Shown here one piece after another: positions 38,324 through 50,599 of a stretch of 64,000 nucleotides of DNA. The position numbers and the translations under genes were made by a program. Source of the DNA: Callorhinchus milii. Lineage: Eukaryota. Position 1 is the first letter of the stretch. Every line of letters begins with the position of its first letter. A model generated the notes under the pieces. The model was not told where the DNA came from, did no database searches, and worked only from the letters and a program-made list of their open reading frames with translations. The stretch lies in the NCBI RefSeq assembly GCF_018977255.1, contig NW_024704742.1, positions 3,040,001 to 3,104,000 of the forward strand, read 5' to 3'.

Positions 38324-41300
38324 AGGACAGCTAAAGCAAAAACAATTCCTAAGCCTTTGTGTCTAGTAAGTGTGTAGTTCTCATCAATTAACTCAGGCCT
38401 CTTTCTCTATAACCTACACTTAGTCACACGTGAGATATGTGTGGGTAGAAACGGTAACTTGACCTATTTGAGAAAATGAAAAACTCTGTCAGGCATATAA
38501 GCAAGAAAAATAAATTCACAGAGGGGTGCCAAGCATGCTAAGAACCAAAACAGAGCTAAGCATCTGTGCAAACACTGTGGACCCTCCATAATGTTCCTTT
38601 AAAAAAATGTTATTCATGCACATGCAGACTCAAATAGTGCTGATATTATGCCGGGCGCCAGATTGTGAGCTAGAATTATAGCATTCATCATTATGTGACT
38701 ACAAATAACAACATACCTATGGCAACAAATACAGCACAATTCAGCTTAACCTTCTCCGGGAACAGTAAGTAAAAAATGGCTTTTCAAACTTCCAATTTGC
38801 CGTAATTTGTTAAAAACCTAGGGTGGAAAATCCAAGCGCTACACACATTAATTAAAGTGAAACTTCTAGGACAGAGATGAAGCTGAGCAGAAGTTGATTT
38901 TTAATTCAAAGATCATGGACTGCTGTGCCATAATCTGAGTTTGAAAGTGATGCACAGTTCCCAGCGCTAAAATGCTATTTTATGCATTACATCGGTCCCC
39001 TGGAGCACAAGGCAATTACTTCAGGCATGCAAATCTCGATAAAATACATTATTGCGAGGAGGCGTAAAGATTTTTCCATTTCAGCCTTCCAGTGTCAGCA
39101 GCAGACACTTCCAGGTCAGGTAGAGGACTGTTAAACACAGAGTAAGGATTTCTATTCAGCTACTGCACCATCTCCCAAATCATCCCCGCTGCATCGTTTT
39201 CCTTTTCCCAACTATCTTGTAACCTCCGGCTTAGTCCAAACTTATCTTGTGTGAATGGTTTGGGTTGCAGCCCTGGCCAACAACGAACGAAACTAACTCT
39301 ATTTCTAAAAAGGCAATAATCAGAGGAGAATTTGTCTCATCAATTTGGGTTAGAAATGAAAGACTGGTGTCCACTCACTGCACCATCCACTTCCTCCAGA
39401 TGATCGTGGCTTTGATTTTGATAATTGCCCCTTTAACCACACTCTTCCTACATTATAAAGTTCAAGATTCCCATCACCTTTACACTTGGGATCAGTCTGG
39501 TTGCACTTTTCCTACCTTGGACTGTACACGGCAAGCGTAAAGCAAGGATAGAGAGGATGGTGGATGTCACGATTCTATAAAAATAAAATCTATCGTTCCT
39601 ACCCTCCTGAAAATAGTTTTCATGCTGGAAAGGTTGACTGCACGCATTTGCTCTTCAATATTGGAGAGCAAAATGATGGGGTGGAAAATTGCAATGTAAG
39701 CAAGTTGAACCTGTTCAAAATCAGCACAATTTTCATGTTGCTGTTGAACTTGGTTTCGGTATTTACATAAATAAGTTAGCTTTTACATTTTAGCTTTGAT
39801 GTTAATATTTTTTTTAAATCGAGAAACTTGAGCTGGAATTCATCAATCTGGTACTGGAATCAGCGAGAGAGCACCTCAGAACCTAATAGTTTTCACATCT
39901 GTNAAAAAAAAAAACCCTGATCATAGGAACACACGTATTGAGAAGTGATGGAGGTTCAAGGTAATACTCTGATAAAGTGATTCAGAGGCCAGTCTGTGAA
40001 AGAGAAATTCAAATGACTCGTATTTACAATTGCTTTTTTGAAACGTTTAGATTAGATTCTACATTTGGATTCACTGGCTGTTCTGGTTGCCATTTATGAT
40101 GTGGAAGGTACCTGGGGATGGGGTGTTCTGGACTTGACCAGGATTTGCCAGCAATGGATGCGTGTATGTACGATGGACATGGTTAGCGTGGTCCACAACA
40201 TTTGGACCTGGAGTCAGTGGCACATGGTGATTATCTTCCTTAAGAAACCCACATAATTCAACAATCAGACAAAGTTCATTCCCTGTCCAGGAAATAAGAC
40301 ATTAACTCATGGAATGCCAACCCTTGGTAAATGTTGCGGTTTACCAAATGACTGTCCAATATAGAGTATAACTTGCATTTATATAACGGCTTTCACATCG
40401 CGAGAACGTACCAAAGCATGTAAACAGACCAAGCTCCACTTTCAAACATCCTCCCCAAATACGAGAGGGAAATTATCCCAGGGATGGAGGAAGTCGGGGA
40501 AATTGGCACACATGTGCATTTCACCAAGAAGGCGTTCACATAGCACATGTTCTTGGAATTAAACCATTTCCTATTTCTGAGAAAAAATGTTGATTGATTG
40601 GTACTCTAGGGGCTTAAGAGTGCACTTGATGACTCCTATGATAATTGGGAAGTCCTGCAGAGACAAATAGCTTGTGTTTGGAGTGTAGTTGCTGTTGTGA
40701 AGCTGAAAGGAAGCAGATGTACCAATTGACTCTCCTGTGCAATGTAACACTGATCTGATCATGACATTGAAGACTGGCTGATGTCTAAAGTGGCCTTGCA
40801 GCGATCTGAAATGTACAGGTGCCACGTAAGGTGCTGCTATCACTTCTACATTGTTCCTGAGTGTGTGCAATTTCAAATCTTTCTTTTGTCTCCTAATACA
40901 CGTCATGCAGCCGCTCCTCACGAAAGCCAATTTACTGCAGCAGCGATTGTCAGACTGATCTATGGAAACAGTGTTGTTATCTGTAGGTATTTATGGGCAG
41001 TCCACCTTTGCCCACCCCCACAAGTCTTTGCTGCCTTGTAGACAAGAGATCATCCGTCACATTAGAATTACCCGGATTACAAACATACAATTTAGAGGTT
41101 GGTTTCGGTCTTCACCACGTCGGACAATATTGTGGTAATGGAGATGCTATTCAGCTTGTTTGACAATTTTAATATTGCTCCTGAATGATTACATCCTAGA
41201 ACAATGAATTGAGTAAAATAAATGTGCCCTAACAGCTGTGAATATAACTGGACCACATTGTCCCCACGGAGTTGAAACAAAAGACCTTCACTTGTGATCT

Positions 41301-42299
41301 TGGAGAAGGAGAAACGATTATAGCTAGCAAAAGGAACCTGCGGAGTGGCCCAGGAAGCCAAAGAAATATAAGACGTTACAGAATTTAGATGAGGAATATA
41401 TCCTCAACCGTACCGTAATGAACAGAAGGCAGAATCTCACATGAACATGTTGGTCGTCTTATGGACAGTGCCCTTCATACGCCACCCCTTTGCCTCCCAT
41501 CCCCAGCTCCGGTGCTAAGCCAAGACTGTCAAGCACCTTGGATTGTGCTCCCAAAATAAGATGTTATATAAAGGTTAATTTGTATTCTATTGTCCTGTGC
41601 AAAGGCCAACAAAACAGAGTGTACGTATCAGACAGAATGCACAGTATCTCTTCAACCGTAACTTACTCTTGTACATCAACAACAACTTGCATTTATATGG
41701 CACCTTTCACACAGGGCACTAGGTGTTCCTGTCTAGGAGTGTTTAAATCAGGGTGACACGCATTTGGGAACACTCGAACGCTGATGAAACCACGAGTGTA
41801 GGAGTCAAAGGGTGAATTTGCATGGGTTTGAATTGTTCATTCCACTTCATAGTTCTTTGTGTAATTTTGGCGGTGCAAACAGCTGCCACGATCGCCGACA
41901 ACGTGAGAGTAATTACTTGTGAAGTGCTTTGGGATAGTTCAACATAACACGCAATAAATATGCAAGTTCTTTCTTTCTTCTTATGTACAATCACTAACAT
42001 TTGGCAGCCTTCCTTATTCAAAGAATATTGTTCATCCCAAATTATAGTAGAGATTGCTCAGTTCCAAGAGTCCTAATTTTCTCTCGAACAAGGTTTTAAT
42101 CCATGCACGTCTAGGCCCAAATCACAATAGAAACAGTCTATTCAACCTAAATAGTCCACACCGATGTTTATACTCTACACGAGTCCCACTCCTCCTATTC
42201 CCCTCTGGATACTCTAAAACTCAACATAAATAGTGTCAATCCAGACCCAAGTGGTATTGTTCCCCAATTTTGAAGTCCAGCTTCAGTATTGCTAGTTGG

Positions 42300-42632
42300 A
42301 ATAATAATAATAATAATCGTTGCATTTGATATACCACCTTATCACCTTGTTCAGCTGTCTCAAAGCACTACACAGAATATATCGTAAAGTGAATTAACTG
42401 TGTAAAACGTGGCAGCCAATTGGGCACAGCAGTGTCCCAATTTTTGGGAGGGATTATTACCCCCGGAAAAGCGATCCGCCAATCGACAAACAACCGGGTT
42501 CCAACTTACTGCTGGGCAAACAGAGGTTTGTGGAGTAAGGAAACTTGTGTAAGGTTTCGCCCCGACCGGGAATCGAACTCGGATCCTCTCGGCTGAGAGG
42601 CGAGTGCGCTAACCACTACGCTAAAGGACTCC
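42300..42632 (-). mobile_element. tRNA-derived SINE (long form) with small internal deletions
   Basis: Head, CORE-like segment, tail and (AAT)n are all present. Confidence 0.9.
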
Positions 42633-43686
42633 ACATCGCACTGTAGCATCACTGTTGCTTTCAGTTGCAATCTTACCCATATATTGTCATATCCTATTCA
42701 TGGACAATTAACTAACTTATCAGCAACATCAAATGTGTTACCAAATACAGTTCTAGCATGACACAATATTAATAATGAAAATGACAACCTTAGTACGATC
42801 GTTGTTTTGCTTCTACATTTTAAATACAATTCTCACACATTGGGTTAAGGAACAAGGATGCTTGGTGTATTGTCTGTCTGAATGCAGTAATCACGGCAGG
42901 GCCAATAAAACAGAGAAAGCCGAGAAAGGTTGTGACACAGAGAGAAAGAGAAGTTGAAGGCTGAAGTTGAGAGTAAGATCAGATGACGTGCCTTTCCTTA
43001 TATTGTGTCCTGAAGTGAAAGGGGTGACAGAATAGCCTACCCAGATATGGGAACCGTATTCGAGTCTTGGGAAGTCAAGCGCGACGTAGACAGTTAAGAA
43101 TCACTGAGTGAAAAATAGAAGCGGAGACACTTGTTGGAGACGGGGTTTTTTTTCCCCAATGGAGGAGATGTGGTTAACTCCGTCTGAGTCTATCTTGTGA
43201 GCTAAAGAATGTCAATAGCTGAAGGGCTAAGAGTGAAGCTATCAAAAGGTGGGAGCTGCTGTGTGAACGTGCGAGAGTTATGAAGAAGCTGCCTTTGAAA
43301 AATTGAAGGAAACAAGATTGTTGATTAAAGGGCATGGAGTAGATCAAAGTTTAGTGATCCAGTCATTGCACTGGAATAGGATAAAGGTTTTGTGCATTGA
43401 GGGTGTATGATATGAAGGAATTTGATGAATATAGAATGCCTGACCCAACCGTATCGCAGGAGCTTACCAATTCATCCATGTCGTCAAAGCGCTGCAGGCC
43501 ATAGATGATGTAAATGTAAACAAGCCATTAAACCTGAACTCTGCAGACATTGGTTTACAATTAACAAGCCTCGAGTGAGTCTAGAGATTAGAAGTAATGC
43601 TTCGCCCACCACCGCCCGCCGTCCTCGCTCCGCCCCTCGCAACAGAGGAGCAGATATGTTTTTTAAAACTATTACTGCATAAGTGT

Positions 43687-44008
43687 GGAGTCCCGTAGCT
43701 CAGTGGTTAGAGCACTCGCTTTGCAAGAGAGAGACCCGAGTTCAATTGCAGGCAGAGGGCGAAACCTTGGGCAAGTTTCCTTACTCCACACAGAGCCTAA
43801 TAATAATCCCTCCAAAACAAAACAATAATAAATTGGTCATTTTCAATCTACGACTGTTTGTGGGACATTGCTGTGCGCAATTGGCTGCCGCGTTCGCCCA
43901 CAAATATGCAGTCAATTCACTTTACAGTATATTCTGTGAAGCGCTTTGGGACGTCCTCCCGACGTGAAAAGCGCTATATCAAATGCAAGGATTATTATTA
44001 TTATTATT
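43687..44008 (+). mobile_element. tRNA-Ala-derived SINE, short subfamily
   Basis: TGC anticodon loop. ACTCCACAC-AGAGCC-TAATAATAATCCC replaces the ~60-bp middle segment. Tail is GGGACGTCCTCCCGACGTGAAAAGCGCT plus (ATT)6. Nearly identical to 30493-30821. Confidence 0.93.
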
Positions 44009-44722
44009 AAGTTGCACCAAAGTCACTTTATCTGATATTTATATAAGTACCATACCAGCCATCACTATATTCCTATTCATATGGGTTTATACATAGGATT
44101 TGGTTTTACATTCTCTATTTACACCATATGAGGTGCAATAGAATATGTCCGATACAAGTTGATGCGTCAGAAAATGCTGGAAATACACAGCAGGTCGCTT
44201 AACGCAATGACAGAAAAATAAGAATCATGTTTCGGGGGTGCTAATGAGATTAATATATTTCTGCTTTGATTTCAGATTTCCAGACTTTACTTGTTTTGTT
44301 TATAACCTCCACCATGTAAATTTGGCTCACGCCACGAGCCTAATGACTTTCAATTCTTAAGATGAGGGAATAAAACACATATGAACAGAACAGCCTGAAG
44401 TCCATTAAATCTGTCCTGCGGGAAAGTTATTATAATAACAATTAAAAAAAATTACATTGATTGTTGTGCCTTTCAATTCATCGGGATGTCTCAAAGCACT
44501 TCACAAGATTTACTGTAAAGCGTAGTGACTGTATATTTGTAGGTGAATACAGCAATTTGCTCACAGCAATGTGAACAGTCCCAGTGAACTATCAAGCCTA
44601 TGCTGGGCTAAATCCTTCACTGGTTGCTATCTACTCAAATACCAATTTTCCCTTTTCTATCCATGTACCCTTTTATATTCTTCCTCTTCAAGTTCTTACC
44701 CCGCATCGCGGATATGAATCGT

Positions 44723-45103
44723 GGAGTCCTGTAGCTCAGTGGTTAGAGCACTCGCTTCGCAAGCGAGAGGACCCGGGTTCAAATCCCGGGCAGGGCGAAA
44801 GGTTGGGCAAGTTTCCATACTCCACACGTCTCGGTTTACCTAACAGTAAGTAGAAACCCGGTTGTTAGTCGACTGGCGGATCGCTTTTCCGAGGGTAATA
44901 ATCCCTTAAAAAAAATTAATAGTAACAATTTAGTGACTCAATCCACCACGGATTGTGGGGTAGTGTTGAGTGCAGTTGGCGGCCGCATTTCGCCCACAAA
45001 CTATACAGTCAACTCACTTTACTGTATATTCTGTGAAGCACTTTTGAGACGTCTCAAAGACGTGATAAGGTGCTATATCCAATGCAAAGATTATTATTAT
45101 TAT
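44723..45103 (+). mobile_element. Full-length tRNA-Ala-derived SINE (long form): tRNA head, CORE/Meta-like segment, Deu-like 3' part, L2-type tail, (ATT)n
   Basis: Head GGAGTCCTGTAGCTCAGTGGTTAGAGCACTCGCTTCGCAAGCGAGAGGACCCGGGTTCAAATCCC contains pol III A and B boxes and folds as a cloverleaf. The body recurs many times in the window. It ends GTGATAAGGTGCTATATCCAATGCAAAGATTATTATT. Confidence 0.93.
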
Positions 45104-46787
45104 CCAATTCCCTTTTAGCTGCGGATAGAGGTTTAGCTTCACTAACCACATGTGGCAAAGCTTTCCATTTTATAATCACCCTCCGTTGAAATGTATTCCT
45201 CAAACCTCACACTTAACTCTTCCAGACGTGCCTCAGGCTTCCAGGCTTGAGCTCATGCCTCTTTATACCGATTCAGTAACCAATCACAATAAATCTTTCA
45301 TTATTTATCGTCACAGAACCTTTCGGACGTGTGAAGACCCCCAACGAATCATATCTTAAACCTTTGAGTTCAGTGAAAATAGAATATGCCAAAAATGGGC
45401 AAAAAATGGTTTAGAAAAGGTAAGTTCAAAGCAACAGGACTTCTACACAGAAGTACCAACCAAGCACACACACCATCATTTATAGTCTGAGCTCAACAGG
45501 ACCACACATCTAGAAGGATGCATACACATAATTTGTGGCTTTCCACTTGGAAGCCCTGGATAGATCCTTCAAGCATTGTGTTGCGAGTCGATTTTAAACA
45601 AACACAAAAGATTTACAACCGAATTGCGGCGGGTACTTTCGGTCCAAGAAGTCAGCGAAGACTTGACACAATCAATTTCAAGTCATGTTGCAACTCATTT
45701 CACTTAATAGCTTTCCTCAGCACCCTCTCCAGGCAGCTAGGCAGCGACAGTACTCCTCAGCCCTGAATAATCCACTATTAATAAGATGTTCTCACCACCT
45801 GGAGAAAAATAAATCACACACGGATACACTCCTCGCTCGCACTGAAATCCCAGCTCCCAGGGCTGTTGCCTCCAGCAAATTATTTCCTGAGAAAATACAC
45901 AGAAGAAGAGAGAAGACGCTATAAAGTATTAATTCTAGCTTTATTGGTAGCAAATGTTTCAAAATGACTTTGAAAAGAAAGTCTCTCTTGAGTTGCTGAC
46001 TCTACCTTCAGGTCAGTCAATCCATATTAGTCTGTCGTAGTGCCTTATACTGTTCTGGTTGATGTACCTTTTGCGAACGTGTTTTATTGCTTTTTTATTA
46101 TAAGACAGTTGATAAAACCTAACCAATGGACTCTCTTTCTCTCTCTCTCTGGAGCCCACACCACTTATATGTCAACCAAAATTCATGTCATTGAGAACAT
46201 AGCAATATGGTCATCAAAGGGACATTTGCACCTTTTTCTCTGCCCTAAGACCAACTACAATACCAACAAAACAAATGCTTCTGCGCGGAATCTATCCATT
46301 TCTAACAGGTCTATCATTTCATGAGATTGGTATCAGATACACTCTACACCCTCAGGATTTTAAACAAATTGGGCATTTATTCAGTAGATTGGACTGAATT
46401 GTGCACAGGTAACCAACTTAGAAATATATTACAATGTCAGGTCTGCCTGTTAGATAAATAGCATATCCTTTGAGTCCCCTGTGCATTTATACTATGGATA
46501 GAATCAAAAGCAAACCCAATTAATAGTTAAAAAAACACATTCAGCTTCCAATTGTCTCACATTCTTCTGAAATTAACTGACATATGCTAGAGTACGGTTC
46601 CATACGCAACAATAAAAATCTTCTCATAATAACACTATTGTCCTTATATAGTGCATCTCAGGTAGGTTAGTTAATACCTCAAAGCATATTGCAATGATGA
46701 TAATAATAACTTTTACATTTGGTAAAGCTCCTTTCACTTTGGAAGGATGCCCCAACACACTTCACAGGATAATAATAATAAAATTAA

Positions 46788-47100
46788 AATAATAATAACA
46801 ATCCTTGCATTTGATATAGCGCTTTTCACATCTTCTCGACATCTCAAAGCGCTTCACAGAATAGTGAATTGACTGTATATTTGTGGGCGAAACGCAGCAG
46901 CCAATTGCGCACAGCAGCGTTCCCACAAACAGCCGTGGATTGAAGTGACCAATTTATTATTGTTTTTGGTTTTGGAGGGATTATTATTAGGCTCTGTGTG
47001 GAGCAAGGAAACTTGCCCAAGGTTTCGCCCTCTGCCTGGAATTGAACCCAGGGGTCTCGCTTGCAAAGCGAGTGCTCCAATCACTGAGCTACAGGACTCC
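46788..47100 (-). mobile_element. tRNA-Ala-derived SINE, hybrid (short-subfamily 5' half, long-form-like 3' half)
   Basis: Head and AGAGCC deletion junction match 30493-30821. The 3' part has GTCACTTCAATCCACG and GAGATGTCGAGAAGATGTG, as in the long form. Confidence 0.88.
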
Positions 47101-47135
47101 ATAACAATAAATAATATTATAATATATATAACAAT

Positions 47136-47410
47136 AACATCAACAACAAATTGCATTCATACAGCACCTTTCATGTCAGGAGGATGTCCCAAGGTGCTGG
47201 ACAGTGAAGGATTTGGACCTGGGCTGGGGGTTGGAATCAAGAAGGTTGGGGGGCAAGGTAGGTGGGGGTGGGAAGATGACTCAAAGCACAGTCGAATAAA
47301 AAAGTCTTGAGATGGGCCTTGAAGGAGATGAGGCAGAGGGGCTCCAGGATGGAATCCCGGATGATGGGGGCAGAAAGATGAAGGCCCAACTGCCAATGGT
47401 ATATGAACCT
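47136..47410 (-). mobile_element. L2 3' fragment
   Basis: ISFKAHLKTFLFDCA, followed by the tail and (TTG)n. Confidence 0.85.
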
Positions 47411-47419
47411 GTGGCAAGA

Positions 47420-47610
47420 TTTGTTATCATGAATAGCTATCAGGGCAGGAACCCCATCTGATTTGTCACCCATCGAATTGTAGTGCTCTTCCTGCTGCCT
47501 GGCTACGATCGACCATCTCTACACAGACTGAGAATCAATTGGGAATCCTACTCTGCATGCCTAGTGCCACACAGGGTTTATTTACCAACCAAGCTATCAA
47601 GAGAGACACA
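47420..47610 (-). mobile_element. AmnSINE2-like ancient tRNA-SINE relic
   Basis: Minus strand TAGCTTGGTTGGTAAAT...GTGTGGCAC...GCACTACAATT...AAATCAG..GGGTTCCTGCCCTGATAGCTAT. Related pieces lie at about 4085-4190, 12820-13190 (GTGCTGAGTTAGCT, GTGCTACAATT, TATCCAGTGA) and 26030-26165 (GAAGAATGGCCA). Confidence 0.5.
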
Positions 47611-47892
47611 AACAATCCTTGAGTCGTTGACCAGTTAAATCCTTTGGTTCACAGGGATTGAAGAAATGTCTACACCTGCTCTGGATTATGCTGAAGATTT
47701 GCTACTTGGAGCCAGTTCAGCCCTAGAGATCGCAGAATCAGTAAATGTGCCCTTTCCATTCATTGGCATCAGCCAACGTTAAGAGAAACCTTTATGAAAC
47801 ACATGGTTTTCTATTCTACATGGGTGATAGCAGTTCACTTGTTGAGGATATAAACAATGACAGCACACTGATACAGCCACATTGGAAGAGAA

Positions 47893-48235
47893 AATAATAG
47901 TAATAATCCTTGCATTTGATATAGCGTCTCAAAGCGCTTCACCGAATATCCTGTAAAATGAATTGACTGTATAAATGTGTGCAAATTGCACATAACAGTG
48001 TCCCACAAACAGTTGTGGATTGATCACCAAATTATTATTATTATTACTAGTTTTTGAAGGGATTATTACCCCTAGTAAAGCAATCCACCAATCGACTGAC
48101 AACTGGATTCCTACGTAGGTAAACAGAGGCATGTGGAGTAAGGACACTTGCCCAATGTTTCGACTTGCTGGGAATTAAATTCCAGGTCCTCTCGCTTGCA
48201 AGGCAAGTGCTCTAACCACTAAGCTACAGGACTCC
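47893..48235 (-). mobile_element. tRNA-Ala-derived SINE (long form) with deletion in the terminal hairpin
   Basis: Colinear with the family; TGC anticodon loop. Confidence 0.9.
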
Positions 48236-49045
48236 ACAGTAGTTGTGTAAAATGAAAGCGTCTCAAGGGTGTCATCTCACAGGGCACACAATACAAGTAA
48301 CTGTTTTTAAATCCCGTTTGCACTCGCTTATAATTTGAAGAATCATTAAAACTATGCACTGCCTAAGGTCAGTGCATGTTCCAATATATGCTTCTCCTGA
48401 CCCCCTGATGGCTTAAACAGAGGAAGTACATAGGCATCAATGGATGCCTGGGACCCTTAGGCACTGATGTGGGGACCAGGAGCCTGTGATAGGAAGAGAA
48501 GTGAGTGTTGGTTGGTTAGTTTGACAATTTCTCTGTAGGTATAAGTGAGCCTCTAAACACTAGTGTTTTATCTTCAATAGATGTTCACCAGCTTTTACAG
48601 GGAGTGACCTAAGAAAGAAACTGTGTGAAGCTGAGTATAGTCTCCAAAAATATAACCGTATCACCCTTATTCCATTGCAAAGTTGTATTTAATTATAAAG
48701 ATGCTTCTGTTACAATCTCTTTGCTTCATCTAAAATGTCAAGCATCAGAAGGTAAAAAATGGGAAATATAATTTGCATCCATTTCTATTTTATGTCAGTG
48801 AGTGCACAGAATACATTTATGACAAAATGGCTTTCAAGAGTAAAGATTAGCATTTCAAACATCAAATTACTTACACTGTGACTTAAATGACAAGGTTAAC
48901 TTCAATGGATTTTTCTTCTTAAGTCAACAGACTTTTGTAAGCTCCATTTATACATCCAGAGGTAAAGCAATTAGAAGCAGGAAGCAGCATTTATATTGGT
49001 ATGTTGCGTTTGAGAGGAACTAGATATACACCTTCGGGAGAGGGG

Positions 49046-49452
49046 AATAATAATAATAATTCTCGTATTTGACATAGCACTTTTCACTTCTTCGAGACGT
49101 CTCAAAGCATTTCACAGAATATGCTGTAAAGTGAATTGTATATTTGTGGGCAAAACGCGGCAGCCAATTGCACACAGCAGTGTCCCACAAACAATCGTGG
49201 ATTGAGTGACCAAATTATTATTGTGGTTTATTTTAGGGATTATTATCCCCAGAAAATCGATCCGCCAATCGACTAACAACCAGGTTCCTACTTACTGCTA
49301 GGTAAACAGAGGCGTGTGGAGTAGGGAAACTTGCGCAACATTTTGCCCTTAGGTCACTCCCTGTAAAAGCTGGTGAACATCTATTGAAGATGATAGAGCC
49401 AAGGTCTCTTGCTTGCGAGGCGAGTGCTCTAACCACTGAGCTACAGGACTCC
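49046..49452 (-). mobile_element. tRNA-Ala-derived SINE (long form) with a 44-bp templated insertion in the head
   Basis: Colinear with the family except 49348-49391, which is the exact reverse complement of 48570-48613. Confidence 0.92.
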
Positions 49453-50599
49453 ACAAACCATCTAAAGATGAATAGAAGGATACCGGAGAGGGTAAGGAAT
49501 GGGTTGAGAACTCATGTGGTATATAAACACGAGCACTGACTGGTTGGGTCAAATGGCCTATTTCCACGCTGTACAGTCGATGTAAATCTATGTACTCTTC
49601 ACTCAAGAATTGCTACTGCTGAGATTCAGGTGACCTCAGCACCCGCACAGAGCTCCATCATCTAGTGCCAAATGCCAGCTAAAGTCACACAACTTTAAGG
49701 AGAATGTCTCGAAGCGTTATACAAAGATGAAGTGGGAACCCGTGCTGGGAGGGAGAATGCGTCGAGTGAGGGGAGGCTTGGGGGGAAGTTGGCTGAAGAC
49801 ACAACGAAGGATATATATCTTTAGATGTTTTTTTTTCCAAAAGCAGACATAGAGAGGGAGGTGAGACAGAGAGTTACTTGGAAAGAGAGTTGAAGATTTC
49901 ACATTAAAGAACTGAACAGCACAACAATCGACCACTCTGGAACTTTTAAGTGCTGACTTCAGTTTCTTTTTTTCCAGCAGAAACCCAATTTATTTCCATC
50001 ATCTGCATTTATACCAACCTGTTTGGCGTGAGGTGCCCACGACTATTTTTGTACTCGATTTTCAATAACAACTCAATCCTTAAAGTGTGTAGAAAAAGAA
50101 ACATAGCAAATTGCAGGACTGGAAATGACCACTATGAGTTTAACTGACTGGTTTTATTTTCGAACGCCATCTCTCCCTTGCTCACGTATCCTTCATTGTC
50201 AAAAATTCATTCAGTTCCTTCTTAAATCGTCCCACACTATCTGCCTCCACCAGACTCCCTGGTGAAGTATATAAATACGCTATTACACATCTACTTTTAA
50301 ACTTGCCAATGGTAATACAATGATTTAAGCTATTTTAATGGTCAATAGATTTCCTGAGTTATTGTAAATCTTTGCAGTATTTAAGTGGTTTCCATACAAA
50401 TTTAAATACCTTCGTACCTCTTGGTACCCAGTGGAGAATGGGGCTGGGCGATGCCATTCTCCTGAGTTTGTTCATTCCCAAATCTGTCTTAAAGTGTACG
50501 TTTTAGCTGCATTTTCCGTCCTTGTGATAATTATCGCATGTCGTACTCACACTCCCTTTCCCCTCCCCCCAACCTGGACCGGTTGCTAAAAGGTATCAG

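Noticed and set aside
44725..44798. Functional tRNA-Ala genes at this and other SINE heads
   Set aside because: Each runs directly into a SINE body with no oligo-T terminator, has an A1/G72 mismatch and U3:G70, and copies diverge at random positions.
46463..46471. U12-type donor ATATCCTTT
   Set aside because: No plausible upstream exon; about one such match is expected by chance at this window size.
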